64,000 nt of DNA from Schmidtea polychroa. Lineage: Eukaryota. This document shows positions 20,301-32,300 of this stretch, one piece after another. The position numbers were made by a program, and so were the translations under genes. How positions within the stretch are numbered: the first letter of the stretch is position 1; each line of letters begins with the position of its first letter. Location: the NCBI GenBank assembly GCA_044892525.1, contig CM097885.1, positions 246,698,001 through 246,762,000 on the forward strand. The letters run 5' to 3'. The notes beneath the pieces are model-generated. The model saw only the letters and a program-made list of their open reading frames with translations. It did not search any database and was not told the DNA's origin.

Positions 20301-21253
20301 ATAGAGCTATAAAATTCAAGCAAGCACCGATTTTTAAAAATTATATAAATAAAAATACACAGCTAAGAGCTGAAGCAAGCAGTGAACTGTACAGAGATTT
20401 ATTCAAATTGTATAATAATAGCTTGTACGGTAAATCCGTTGAAAACCTTAAGAAGAGATTAAATTTACGACTATGTAATTCCGCGGAAAAATTAATTACA
20501 TATTCATCAAAACCATCATTTAGAAAAACCATCAAAATTGATGATGATCTTTTTGGTGTACATCTCAATAAGGAGTCTATATGTTTGGATAGACCCAGCT
20601 ACATCGGACAATCAGTGCTGGATTTATCCAAACTAAGGATGTATCAATTACAGTACATAGAATTATCAAAATATAGGAGTCAGTTTAACTGTGATATAAA
20701 TATAGTTGCGGGTGATACCGATAGTTTCTTCTTAGAGGTCAAAAATGTAAAGCTTGACGTTCTTTTGCCAGCGATGATTTCGGATGACTTGTTAGACACC
20801 TCAAATTATGATCCCTCTCATCCTTTATATTCTAGGAGACTCGACTCAGTTATAGGAAAGTTTAAGGATGAGAGTAAGGGTGTAGGATATAGTGAGTGGG
20901 TTTTCTTGCGACCAAAGTGCTACAGTCTTTTAGGAAATAAATCTACTATGAGAGCTAAGGGCGTAAAATTACCAGGTACAGATATAAAACATCAATCTTA
21001 TTTAGACTGTTACAACAACAACACAGTTATTTCTGTACCTCAGACTAGAATAGGAACCCGAAATCATCAGCTTTTTACCTTTAAAAACTCAAAGATTGCT
21101 TTAACTAATCATGATGATAAAAGAGCTTGGGTAGAGAAAAACTCTAGTTTTGCATATGGTCATTATTTAGGGGTTGATGTCATTGATAATGACGATAATG
21201 ATATTCAATCAGGAGCAGATCCCGATCTCATCAATCAACATCTACAAGATTAA
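17351..21253 (+). CDS. polB: Protein-primed family B DNA polymerase (pPolB), 1300 aa
   Basis: Exonuclease motifs YADFES, HNLRGYD and YQKLD; polymerase motifs YIDINNLYG, KLYNNSLYGK and GDTDS. It has an inserted endonuclease-VII-like segment (CYLC...DHDH...CRKCN) and a long N-terminal region. Confidence 0.97.
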   Translation: MGHDNKCHKNMKKYYRQPFNGINFFICPICKTSQSVRYKEFYSQHSQHLNSFKTNKQELFKIINKNNIEIVNILNNNTKKKSNKRPAEHRVSKIKNKIIKTEVIEISDDEIIKNEVILLSDDECNNITYTINHDIINDNIDTINAINENINNDNTINTINQIGGSSLAIEPIIESNLNGAIRTIRFNIADSQLIKIIITDKITEKLTSEINNMGSVKIQFAILIRFEKDGEIRDNYFSNNAEIFSDNFLIEGVNKLNEKIEKFTYLGSGWRVINILEIDFILTKFAPICRLSGHSYIRTPADLKSKGAIINVKNKDHKCFLYSILALLKKDEIGSHPERVSKYENLLNILNYNEVTDCPMKLCNIPKFEKKNLDLNLAINVLAYTPTVIVDDDQVPNDYVFKHPHLSIIHRSTVTIGTRIYLLLLENKDNYHYTAVTNITRLMNCHRNNDCSIQIRCKWCPHCLNGFRLDNAFTKHVALCSKNQTGTTLYTLPENKYLEFQNHSKRITPPFVIYADFESVLPKDVKHHQIHLPISAGLLLINNLNNRKSYYEFYGLDCIPQFLKKVEEIAVTIVLPYYELEGKKRLGPMTFAEERQFKSCRNCYLCKKVLSLAVRDHDHFTGNYLGAACRKCNMARRIYKQLPIVFHNLRGYDLHHILKYGLNGFPSWNLNIIPTSTEKFISMIVHIKKLAVRFIDSIQFVNCSLAKAVKTLTDLPLTSSVFDRLIIDAKAIFPYDYATDLDVLETTYELPPIWSGVTEDEYAKAQLIWTQQRCTKLADYMLTYQKLDVFLLADYFQQFRAKAIAYNGLEPLNLYGIPGMSWASALMTFTEPIELLQDMEMFNFYEGGIRGGLTFVNKHYVAASDNTELLYIDINNLYGWALSQNLPFADFTWVYDGLNDVLLECMNADIEILPYGYTIEVDIDIPEIFHDFLNDFPLAPEKMCPPGSKVEKLMLTHWPKKNHVLHWRLLKLYLSLGAKVVHIHRAIKFKQAPIFKNYINKNTQLRAEASSELYRDLFKLYNNSLYGKSVENLKKRLNLRLCNSAEKLITYSSKPSFRKTIKIDDDLFGVHLNKESICLDRPSYIGQSVLDLSKLRMYQLQYIELSKYRSQFNCDINIVAGDTDSFFLEVKNVKLDVLLPAMISDDLLDTSNYDPSHPLYSRRLDSVIGKFKDESKGVGYSEWVFLRPKCYSLLGNKSTMRAKGVKLPGTDIKHQSYLDCYNNNTVISVPQTRIGTRNHQLFTFKNSKIALTNHDDKRAWVEKNSSFAYGHYLGVDVIDNDDNDIQSGADPDLINQHLQD

Positions 21254-21613
21254 TTTAATTCTGTGATCGGACTTGTTTGAATTTTTGTAAAATAGAAATT
21301 ATTGTAAAGTCTCTTTTTCGTTTTATAATTATCGGTTTTCTTTTTTTTTTTTTTTTTAATAATTTGATGTGTAAAAGTATTTTATTAGAATGTAGTTTGT
21401 TAATAAAAATAATAATAAAAATAATAATACTTACTATATTGTGCACAAACATTATATCTTCAAATATATAACCATTGGATAGAGCTCTTCAAGACCTTTT
21501 TAATGAACCATTATTCAATAAAATCTATCGAAGATAATCCTTAAAATTACCATTATTGATTTTAAATTATTTTCTTGTTTAATAAATGAGTTGTTTTAAT
21601 GTATCTCTTATAA

Positions 21614-22171
21614 ATGTGTGCAGAATATAAGTATTTTCATAAATTTATTAAGAAATTACTGATGACCACGAGATCATTCAAGTTTTTAAACTGCACCGTT
21701 GAAGATTTTATGAACAATTATGATACTCTCACTGAAAAGGAAACCATAAAAATTTTAGAAATTTTCAAACATTCCTCCATTGGATATTTGATTGATTTAT
21801 TTAATTACAATAAATGCATTTTGAAGTTATCGATTTATTTGATGCATTTAGACAAAGCAATAGTAGATAATGATTCATTGAATGAATGCTTTTGGAATTG
21901 TATGGATTTAAGGCTGGAACCAGGATATAGTAGTAGATTGATTTATGAATGGATATCGAAATCCGAATTGATTGAAAATAAGCTAAGGAAAAAACTCAAT
22001 GATGGTAGGAAAATGTATTTAACTTGTTACATTTGTAAAGAAAATCAAGTATCGGTTTTGTTTTTACCTTGCGGACATGTAATTGTATGTTCTAAATGCC
22101 ATGATTCAAATGTTTGCAAATGTAAAGCATGTTCAATGTATATTAATGAGTATCATACTATATACATTTAA
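21614..22171 (+). CDS. IAP-type C3HC4 RING-finger protein, 185 aa (putative E3 ubiquitin ligase)
   Basis: C-terminal CYICKENQVSVLFLPCGHVIVCSKC...CKAC...I matches the IAP/MDM2-type RING spacing; no BIR motif is seen. Confidence 0.85.
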   Translation: MCAEYKYFHKFIKKLLMTTRSFKFLNCTVEDFMNNYDTLTEKETIKILEIFKHSSIGYLIDLFNYNKCILKLSIYLMHLDKAIVDNDSLNECFWNCMDLRLEPGYSSRLIYEWISKSELIENKLRKKLNDGRKMYLTCYICKENQVSVLFLPCGHVIVCSKCHDSNVCKCKACSMYINEYHTIYI

Positions 22172-23230
22172 TAAACATTTATTTCTTTACCTTTGTTATT
22201 AATACTCAAACTAAACCAAATTTACAAACTACCGCGCCAGCCCCTTCGGGGCGGGCGGCGGTTGTGTATGTCGATGATTTTAATTTTTATTAAATGCATT
22301 TGTTTGATTTCAAAATTAGATTTGTGTGACGAACCTTGTTAAATTTTTGGTTTGATGTATTCGAGGAAAAAAAAAAAAAATTGTAAAACATTCTTTTACT
22401 ATTTAGTTGGAAAATTTGGGAAAATAGTTTTGAAAACTTTTTAAAATTTGAAAAATTTTGAGTTGGGAAATTTGGGGAATTTCATTTTTGGGACTTTTTA
22501 ATTTTTGAAAAAATTTGAGTTGGGAAAATTGTTTTTGGGAATTTTTAAAATTTGGGAAATTTTTGAGTTGGGAAATTTATTTTGGGGATTGAAAGATTTG
22601 TTGAAATGATCAATTTACAGTTTGAATAAAAATCAAAGTTTTTGACACTTGAGGGTAAGGACTCACCATACATCTTTGAAGGTTTGACCATCACACTCTA
22701 CTCTCAAATACCTTTTGAATGATGTATATATATTATAAAGTTTGAAAAAATTCGAAATTTTTTGACCCTTTGAAGGTGAAGGACTCACCATACACCTTTG
22801 ATTGTATGACCATCATACTCACATCTCAATTACCTTTTGAATGACATGTATTATAGAGTTTGAAAAAATTCGAGGGTTTTGCACCTTTTGAAGGTTAGGG
22901 ATTCACCATACACCTTTGAAGGTATGATCATTGTACTCTACTCTCAAATATCTTTTGAATGATGTATATACTATAGGGATACATGTTAAAAATAACTTGA
23001 CCTACATATTTTTTATAAACTATATAGTCGTGACCTACTTAATTTGACTTATTTATTTATATAGTGTCCTGGAGGTAACATATATTTAAAGTAACTTGAC
23101 CTACATATTTTAATACCTATATAGTCGTGACCTACATAATTTTAACTTGATCTACTTAATTTTAACTTGACCTACTTATATATATGTGTCCTGGAGGTGA
23201 CATGTCCTGGAGGTGACACATCTTACTACT
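22108..23230 (-). repeat. Right terminal inverted repeat of the Polinton
   Basis: Reverse complement of 6993-8164; includes the last ~20 codons of the RING gene. Confidence 0.95.
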
Positions 23231-24838
23231 GTGATACCTACAAAATTGAATACACAATGAATGTTGAATAATTGTACAAATTGTTAATCAAGTTTTACAG
23301 CAGTTTGTAAAGTCCAACGTATTAATATTCTCTATATTTTGGAAAATGAAAAATTGAAACAGAATCTTCTGCTAATCTAAGGTTTTCGCCTTGAAAAATT
23401 ACACGATTCTCGAAGAGATAAGAAAAGTGGCGGTCAGGCAAATCATTGTCTCAAGAATTTCTATATTTTAGTCGAAAGAAACTTTCAAAAAAATTCAAAT
23501 CCTTCGACTATAGTGCAATAAAACTAAATCAGAAAAATTGTACTTTTTGCACATTTTACACTATAAAATCAATATTAGCACTTCCTATATTGCAAGGAGC
23601 ACAATGCAGCTGAAGGTGCCCTCACTATAGTCAATAAGTGCTCAAAAATCATTAATCTAAATTCAAAAAACAATTTCAAGTGATAACTGGTAGGGAGTTA
23701 GAAAGTTTACATCTACTTACTAATATGCAAGATAAAATTCAACAAAAATTGTATAGTTTTCAAACGAAAACTATTCATAATCATACTAGTTGCAGAAATT
23801 TAATAAAATCCTTATTTTTTTTTTCAAAAAATAATTTTATAACAAAATAAAAAAAAATTTTCATTAAATTAAAAAAAATTGTTTAAAATTTGAATAATGT
23901 CATAGTGAAATAACGTTACAAGGGTTTATTTGTTACCAAGTGTCACTATCTGTATATAAATTTTATTTATATTGTTAATGAAGTAAATAATTTTCAAATA
24001 TTGATTAATTTCCGTATAATAATAAAAAATAAACTTTCTATTTGATTCGTTTTAAACAAAAAAATTATTAAATTCAATTTTGCAAAATGACGAATTATAA
24101 TTAATGTAGTTTTATCTGTAAATCTTTCATTTAAATTTATTTAATAAGCTTTCCTCATGCAAATTTTTATTTTACTTACTCAGTTAAAATTTCTTTAACA
24201 AATTTTATTTTTTTAAGCAATCTAGATAAAATTTTTATTGAAAAAGTTAATAAATATATTTCCTAATGACTAAAAAAATTAATCAAATTTCAATTAATAT
24301 AAATTGTTTCATTCAAATCTAAAAATTATATTCATCAATACTGTAGTGAATTTACATAAGGACTAATATGGCTTAAGCTTTGGGCCCCCAAGTAACAAGG
24401 GCCCACAAAATATGAATTTTTATGATAAATTTTTAATCATGGGCGTCCGCAGGAATATTTCCAATGGGGGGGGGCAAAAATATTTTTTTACCAAGTAGAC
24501 ATTTTTTCTAGAGAGTTGAAAAAAATGCATGTGTATAATAAATATTTGGGGCATTATACAAAATAGATCTTTTTTTTTAATTATTTACAAAATAGAACAC
24601 TTTTTTATAACCACATTTTTTATAATATTAAAAGTTTTTATACAAATAAAATGATTTGAAATCATTGATTTCCAGATATAATTAATAACATTAAAAAACA
24701 GGAAGCCTCTTTAAATTAAATTTTTTTATTAATTTTTTTTGTCTTGGGTTTTTTTAACCTTGTTTGAGCGCATCTATTAAAATGTGTTTAAATTAATCGA
24801 AAAATAGAATGATTTGGGAAATTCAAGTGCTCACTCTT

Positions 24839-27096
24839 TAGAGTTTGACGGTTCGGATTATCCGTATCCGATATCCGCGAATTTGCAGACAAAAATCCGT
24901 ATTCGGTATCCGCTCAAATATACTCGCGATTATCGGATAGTGAAAATTATTTTAAATTATGTATAGAATAAAATTTTAAATAGAATAGAAAATCGATATA
25001 ATTTGTTATTGCGAAATTGTTAGTAAAGCTTTCGAATCAAAGAATTGAAAAAAATCAAAGGTAATTATAATTAATTTCTTTTTCACCGTAAAACTTGTAT
25101 TAAAATTATATTGTACTACTATTTAGCCCATGGCACCATCAGCTCCTGTTTGGGAATATTTAAAAAAAATTCCTTCTACCAATAAAAAAGTTGCCAAAGC
25201 TCAGTGTTTAAAGTGTATGGTTTTTATTTCAAATAGTAATGGAAGGACGAGTGGTATGCTAAACCATCTGAAACTGGTACACAAAATCCATTGTAAACGG
25301 GATAATGATGAATCCGTTTTGGGGAGCAAGAGCAAAACTTCAAGAAAATCAAAGGAAATAAGATGATGGATTTTGTTAAATGGCAAAGCTTAAGTGAGAT
25401 TGTTTCAAGATTAGCTGCTGAAGACGGAATAACAATTCGTGCAATTACAAATTCCAAGTTTATCAGACAATATATTGTAGACAGAGGATATAACTTACCA
25501 AAAAATGAAATCAGTGTTATGCGCCTTATTCATACTGAATTCGAAAATAGAAAACAAGAGGTAATAAAAAAATTAACAACGATTAAGAATGATGGTGGTA
25601 TAACCCTTGATGAGTGGGTAAGTGCACGAAATCGTCGCTTTATTAATATTGATGTACATGGAAATAATGAAAATTGCAACAATCTAGGTTTGGTGAGAGC
25701 TACTGGTTCGTGTACTGCAGCTGTAGTGTTAGAAATTGTAACCAAGCATTTAGAGTTGTTTAATTTGTCGTTCCAAAACGACATCGTTTGTACTACAAAT
25801 GATGGTGCCAGTGTAATGGTGAAGTATGGGAGAGATTGTCCATCTGAATCATAATTATGTTTATGTCACGGGCTGCATTTGGCGGTAGTTGAAACATTTT
25901 ATAAAAAGAAAGTTTTTGAATCAAATGATGTTGACATTATAGAAGAAGAAGATGATGACGACTTCCAAGACAATGAATTTTTCGATGATGATATTAATGA
26001 AGAAGAACTCGCGGATGATGAAGATGTCGGCATACAAAAAATCTGAAGAACGTGCGGATTTTGATTAAGTTTTTGAAAAAATCTAGTGTTCGAAATTCAA
26101 TTTTATAAAAGAAAATTATCGATGAAATTGGGCACGAACTAGAACTTCAACTGGATGTCAAACACAGGTGGAACTCTATTTATCCTATGTTAGAAAAACT
26201 ACTCAGAGTTCGAATTTCAATTCAAAACACGCTCATCGAATTAAATGCACTTCACCTAGTATCTGGAATAGATTTCGAAAAATTGTCCAGCTTAATGAAT
26301 GCAATAAAACCATTAACATTAGCTGTTGAAACATTGGGGAGACAAGACGCCAATTTATTAACAGCAAAAGGAGCGATGAATTTTCTGTACAACAAATTGA
26401 ATGAATGTTATGACGTGATCTGTAGTACATTACAATTAAATATCGAACGACGGATGAAAGAACGAGAAAACTCTACCATTATTGATACTCTGGCATGTCT
26501 CACCAATAACTCTATAAAACCATCAAAAATTGTTTTGGAATTTGCATCTAATCTGTTTGCTAGACTTTTTGAATCTTCTTCATCTATATCACCTTCATCT
26601 TCACCAGAACATGTAGATTTGAACACATGATGCACCAGTTTCGATGGAAGCAGAGCTAGATGCTGCAATTTATTATGTTACTTGCGAAAATTTTCAAAAA
26701 TCCAACTTAAACATCAAAGATGACTTTATAATATTTAAGAAAACAGGTCAAAGGCCTGAAAAACTTGAAAAATTATTTGAAGTCTTAGTAACAATAAAAC
26801 CATCATCAACTGAAGCCGAAAGGACTTTCTCTGTTTGCTCCCACTTTTGTGGCAAACTTCGCACCCGTTTATCTGATTATTCTCTAAATTGCTTAGTTTT
26901 TCTAAAATATTTGTATATAAATGAAAAAAGTGAATAAATTTTCATCTTAAATTGACAAATTTTCGAGTTTTTTTATCTTTTCTTTTTTAAATTAGCTATT
27001 TCCAAAATATCCATATCCGAACGGTTAACCGCGGTTTTCGAATAATGAAAACCGGTATTCGCGGATACTAAAAAACCGGATATTTTTGAAACTCTA
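24839..27096 (+). mobile_element. Decayed autonomous-type hAT transposon nested in the MITE
   Basis: Ends are TAGAGTTT / AAACTCTA, with subterminal tatccg repeats. The flanks TCACTCTT and TCCCTCTC match at 6 of 8 positions. Confidence 0.8.
25130..26937 (+). pseudogene. hAT transposase pseudogene with a BED zinc finger
   Basis: VWEYL...CLKC...HLKLVH (BED), TLDEW, TTNDGA, CLCHGLHL, RWNS and PSSTEAERTFS. It is split over four ORFs by frameshifts and stops. Confidence 0.9.
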
Positions 27097-27434
27097 TCCC
27101 TCTCACCCCCCCCCCTTTGCGGACGCCCATGTTTTTAATACATTTTCATTAACAATGAGCACCTATCGTAGAGTAAATAATAGTTCTATAACTATCAGGT
27201 TAAATATATTATTTATTTAATGAATAATAATAATGAAGACAACTATTATTATTTAGCGTGCCTCTCGTTGGATATAAGAAAACTACTTTCAATATTCTTT
27301 ATCAGTTAGTTGCTAAGTACAGAATGAATAAGTTGGCAGTGGACAAAGTTACGAGTTCCAGAAAGGAAGCAATACATCGGTAAACACATCTGTAAATATT
27401 TATGTGACACTCAACTTAAAATAATCACTTGTTG

Positions 27435-27482
27435 CTGGATAAGGTACTGGATAAGATACTGGATAAAGTACTGGATAAGGTA
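27435..27482 (+). repeat. Four tandem 12-bp repeats (CTGGATAAGGTA)
   Basis: Units start at 27435, 27447, 27459 and 27471; two have small substitutions. Confidence 0.9.
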
Positions 27483-27538
27483 CAGTGACGATATTTAGAG
27501 TGTTATTTTGTTTAAATATTCGGATTTTATATTAAATA

Positions 27539-27618
27539 CTCCCTCTGTCAAAAAATGATAGTCCAGTTTGACTTTAAATCGTAATTTAAACTGGACTATC
27601 ATTTTTGGACAGACGGAG
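27539..27618. mobile_element. 80-bp hairpin MITE with Stowaway-like (Tc1/mariner) ends, flanked by TA
   Basis: TA-CTCCCTCTGTCAAAAAATGATAGTCCAGTTT...AAACTGGACTATCATTTTTGGACAGACGGAG-TA; ~31-bp near-perfect inverted arms. Confidence 0.75.
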
Positions 27619-27671
27619 TATATTTTTTGGAAATAGCGTGTTATATTTAAGAAATATTAACGGGAATATTA

Positions 27672-29310
27672 ATGACCAAGCCGAAATCGCAGCTCTGACG
27701 AGATCACAGCAAAGGCAGAAAATTGTGGAATCTTTGCCAAAGAATATTCAAGATTAGATTTATCCAGTGATAAAGAAGTTTTTTGGAAGAAAAGAAGAAA
27801 ATCCAAAGAACTGATTTGTAGCTATTGAAGGATTTGTGACAATAAATTCACTCAATTTACGAGCAGCGTTCAATTTGTTATTACATGGAAACGCCAAAGA
27901 GTTATGGATGGCTTTTAAGGAACCACAAAAGACTCCGGCCTCAGATCAAGAGGTAAAAGGTTGGTTTATTTTAATATATGTAAAATTTAAAAGTTTTTTT
28001 TGCAAAATATAGAGGACATGAGTCTGATAAAGCAGAGATTGGACGAAACGTTTGAAAATTTTGTAACTAGAGTGAGGAAATTAGTGTGCGAAGTTCTTTC
28101 CGCAAATCAAACCGAAGACATGATTGTCAAGGATATTGTAATAAGACGTATGTATTCAGAAAAAGTTAAGGATTCAATTGCAATGAACCCAGAAGTATCT
28201 CTTACATTAATAGAGAAAATGAATGTAAATTTTGAAAATATAGAGATATTTGTATTGGCAGATGATAGGAAACAATCGGTAATAAGGAATAAAATTACAG
28301 TAAGGCAGAATGTTCAACCATTGATTAGACCATCCGTTCCAGAAACTAACAGGTACGTCAGTAAAAAAAGAGATTACGACAATTATGACAATATACATCA
28401 TGGTGCTGAAAGAAGGCGAAGTTCAGAAAGTTTATTCGTTAATGAGAGACCCAATAGGCTTACGGTTTCTTTGAAACACATTGCAAGACGAGTTTACAAC
28501 AAAGTGAAAGGATTATCAGAACCAGAATTGCGACCCTTACAACCCGGTCAATGTTACTGTTGTAGTGAATCAGGTTATATTCGGAACAAGTGCTGTTTAA
28601 TATACGGTAAAAATGATCATTTTTTTAATAACTGCCCTCTATTAAGAAGTAATAATACAAGAAGAATTCACTGTATTCAAGGAGAAAATAAATTAGGAAA
28701 TCAAACTTATTTGTATGAAGACCTTAAGAATGATGTCACGTCGGAATATGAAGTAAATGAAATAGGATCGATTGCATGAGGTCATAGAGAAAATGGCAAA
28801 GACCATAATTTAAACGAAATACGCTCCATGGCAAACATTTCGTTTGAGTAGTCGTAGAATTAAATGTGAAGAACACAGAAAACCGAAATGATGTTATGAT
28901 GTTCAAGAAAACGGATGGAAGATTGGATCAGATATTGGTAAAAGACAATATATTATTAATAGTAAATGATGATAAGCAGAAGATAATAATTCCGCAGAAG
29001 ATAGCGTCACAAGTCGTACAGCTTATGCACAAAGAACTCTGTCATTTAGGAGTTAAGAAAACAACAAATTATATGAACGATTTTTTATTTTGGATACACG
29101 TGGTAACCGATATACGAGATATTATTAAAAAAACGTTATATATGCATGAGAAGGAAAGTTTTGACAAGTAAAACAGCTAAGTATTTAATTCCTGGGGTAA
29201 TAATGAACTCGATGGAACAAATCGTAATCGATATTGCTCATATAAAGGAAATCAGAAACCGTAACCGTTATTTGATAGTAATAATTGATCAGTTAGGTAA
29301 AATTTGGTAA
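27672..29310 (+). pseudogene. Decayed Ty3/gypsy element (gag with zinc knuckles, integrase N-terminus; RT apparently deleted)
   Basis: CYCCSESGYIRNKC and CLIYGKNDHFFNNC knuckles; HKELCHLGVKKT...W (integrase Zn-binding region); IVIDIAH...YLIVIID. Many stops and frameshifts. Confidence 0.7.
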
Positions 29311-32300
29311 ACCAGCTTACATTGTTTCGGATAGAGGTAAGGTTTTCATGTTATTATAATTGTAATCGACTCTTAGAACATGCCAACGACAAACCTAAAT
29401 TCAACATTTAAACTACACAAGTTTATCTATTATAGGACATTAATGGCTCGTTCCCCTTATGCCCAGTGGGCTATGAATAGCGAGCATCTAATGTAATATT
29501 GACTTAAACTTCTGACAAATTACCATGAAAATGAGACAGTTGCAAGACATAAAATTCATCAAGGGTACAAGTCAAGCGAATACCACAGATTAGAGTCATA
29601 TAGACTAGATCAGCGCGCTTAAACTAGAATTAAAATGAATGCAGATCCCTTCCCAAAATTTGTACAGCTAACATGAAACAACATTACTATTATAGGACAA
29701 TTAAATCAAACTTTCAAAACGTGAAAATAAGGGGATCCCTACTCAAAACTTTAAACTAACAATGAACAGCATTATAGTTATAGGGATCTTAAACCACATT
29801 TGAAAAAACGAGGGAAAAAAAGGCAGATCCCTCCTTAAAATTTTAAATTAACCTTGAACAACATTAATGTTATAGGAGTCCTAGACAGGTTCAACAGTAG
29901 ATACGCAAAATTTTTTAACAGGAGCTAACAGTGGTAAACGTGGAAACCCTGCCAGAATTGGCTATCACGAAACACCTAAATTACATCGCCAAATCCTGAG
30001 GTGCGCACGCAGCTGACCAAAAAAAAATCTAAACTAAAATTGGGATACTGTAGTGCCAAACGAAATTCCAAATGTGATATTGACGATAAATGGACGACAA
30101 GCATTATCATAAAACACGCGAGAATCGAATCAAGACATATCCAAAATCCCGGGTTCACATTGCATCTAGAATTGAACCTGACATCCCTAGAGCTGAAATA
30201 GGCATCAGCAAAAATGTACCGATCAAAATAGACTATAAGTACAACTCAGAGTCACGCACCCAATTGATTAGGTATGATAAATAATGTTAGAGGTAAGGGT
30301 TCAACGATCGCACAGCGAAAGTAGCTCATAACTCAGTCGCTACCCATGATAGCGCCATGAAGGGGGCTAAATTCGATGTCAATCATTTAGAGACTCTACC
30401 ATGAATCCGTGGAAATCATTACCACTAAATTACGAAGATATATTATACGTTAACAAAATAAATGAACTGAAATTCCATTAAATACCACGTCGCTGCATGT
30501 CAGGGCACTAGTTATTCTGCCTCGTTGTGACATTGCACATGAGGGAATCTATTAAATCTCAATATAGTGGTGAGTAGCCTGGGCAGAAGTATCACTTGCA
30601 CCCCCTTATTTGATCGATAGATACACTAAAGATCAATGCACGGAATAGGGCATGTAACTGCCGTGCCGTACACTCTCTAGTATAAGGGGTGAAGCCGAAA
30701 GATAATTGTAGTGTGACCAAACATTCTTCATTATTATTTGTTATTAAATACAAAAGTAGCTGAAGCCAAAACTCTCAGGACCAAGAAGGTCAATGTGATA
30801 ATGTACTAGATTCAGATATGTGAGTTACTGAGTGCTGTTGGAAATTCTAAGGTGGAATGAAATGTAGAATTATATATACTATTAGAGTATTAGTAAACTT
30901 CAGGATATAAAATGTACAATCTTTACTGCTGCAGCAATTTAACTTTAGCTAATATTGAAACCGTTTCATTTAAATAAGAAGGGTTGCTGGGTTATAGGTC
31001 GCAACTATACTAAGAGAACTGAGAAAATAGTATTTAAATAAGAGGGGTTGTTGGGTACTAAATAAAGCTCTGACTGAAAATATTGCACTAAAGCATTAAA
31101 AAGGAATCGGTGGTAAATTCGAGTTTCTTATAAATGACAAGTTAATAAAAGTCTGAAATTTTATATACGGTTTTAAATAAAAATTTAAATTGTAACAAAG
31201 GGTGCTGTTAAAGATATACTAACAACTTTGAGCTCTTCCTTGTTGTTCCCTTTGTAAAGGCCTCGTCACACCTTCTTATCGGACTTCATTAACTGATGCT
31301 CCCTCATTGATTTATAATTAGCTTGTTATGGGTAACAAGAAATAAACAAATTTCATGTTTGTTTATATTTCAAAGGTTTTCCTCATATTTAGCTACAAGA
31401 AACGAGGATAAATTGTTAATACAAGTTGTGGGTTACAGGTAAGCATACATTTTACCTATTCGTGCTGTTTCCAGCGTAACACAGAATACAATCTTGTTTT
31501 ACCACTTGATACCCGTTGAGTGATCAACGTTGGTACTGTATCAAGAGGGTGAGTGCTCGTAAAAAGTGAGCGCGCTATCCACACTATAATTGTCGGGCAC
31601 TCCTTTGGGTTCACGGACTACCGTAGAAGGTTTGTGTCCGCTTTATATGGTCCCTGTCATCAAATAGTGCTCCCGATAACTTGTTAACGTATCTTGTATT
31701 CTCCCACTATGTCAGCTCACCCCACCATTCGTATCAATCATCATTATTCATGGGTCAATCTGTCCTACCTTCCCTGAAGATGGGCCGACTTTTCCGTCAT
31801 TGTTGGATCTCCTTGCGTCTGACATCTAAATGAGATTCGTTACCTAAAGTTGCCCCATTGCCCTACTTAAATCTGGTTTAAATGCTCATCGCGTCTGGTC
31901 GACTCTGCCAACCTATCCTGACAAAATACTTAGACCACCTTATCACATCATTACACGAGAATTTTCAACTAGTCTAAATTTTAATCTTATATTAATTTAG
32001 CCTAAAACCAGGATTTATTTTAGTTCTTTAATCATGGAAATGAAAAATCCATCGGAAAAATTAAAATTTTATAATAAATTAGAGTAATAAATCTTTAACT
32101 TAAATTAATAAATTAAATTAGTAAATCTTTGACTTAAATACTTGTTTTAAATGATGACGTAACAGTCATTTGCGTAACATGCCATCTGGGGAGGGGGGTG
32201 TTACTAAAAATAGATTTTAGTGGTTTTCTATAATTTTATTGGGAGATAGGGCCGTTAAAGCTAAATTTAGAGATAGGAGAATCCCAAAATCAATAATTTT

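Larger units (their letters stand above)
6993..23230. mobile_element. Full-length Polinton/Maverick (adintovirus-like endogenous virus), 16,238 bp
   Basis: Termini are AGTAGTAAG...CTTACTACT. The 6-bp TSD GTGATA is identical at 6987-6992 and 23231-23236. TIRs are ~1.1 kb. It encodes ATPase, integrase, minor capsid, major capsid, protease and pPolB. Confidence 0.98.
24438..27131. mobile_element. hAT-type MITE (~436 bp) interrupted by a second hAT element
   Basis: TIRs are CATGGGCGTCCGCA / TGCGGACGCCCATG, with a perfect 8-bp TSD TTTTTAAT on both sides. Confidence 0.85.

Noticed and set aside
21255-21540. Short ORFs between PolB and the RING gene
   Set aside because: They are low-complexity and poly-T driven; a plausible frame near 21430-21543 lacks a start codon and a clear splice partner.
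23560-23650. LALP...NAAEGALTIVNK fragment resembling a hAT C-terminus at the Polinton's right flank
   Set aside because: Single short frameshifted match; not enough to call the insertion target a transposon.
27435-27482. Repeats (also 32520-33060) considered as CRISPR-like arrays
   Set aside because: They are head-to-tail tandem units with no unique spacers, in a eukaryotic context with no cas genes.
30520-31960. Possible solo LTR and a minus-strand integrase-like fragment (GVPDNYSVDS)
   Set aside because: No TSD, no paired LTR, and only one weak motif.
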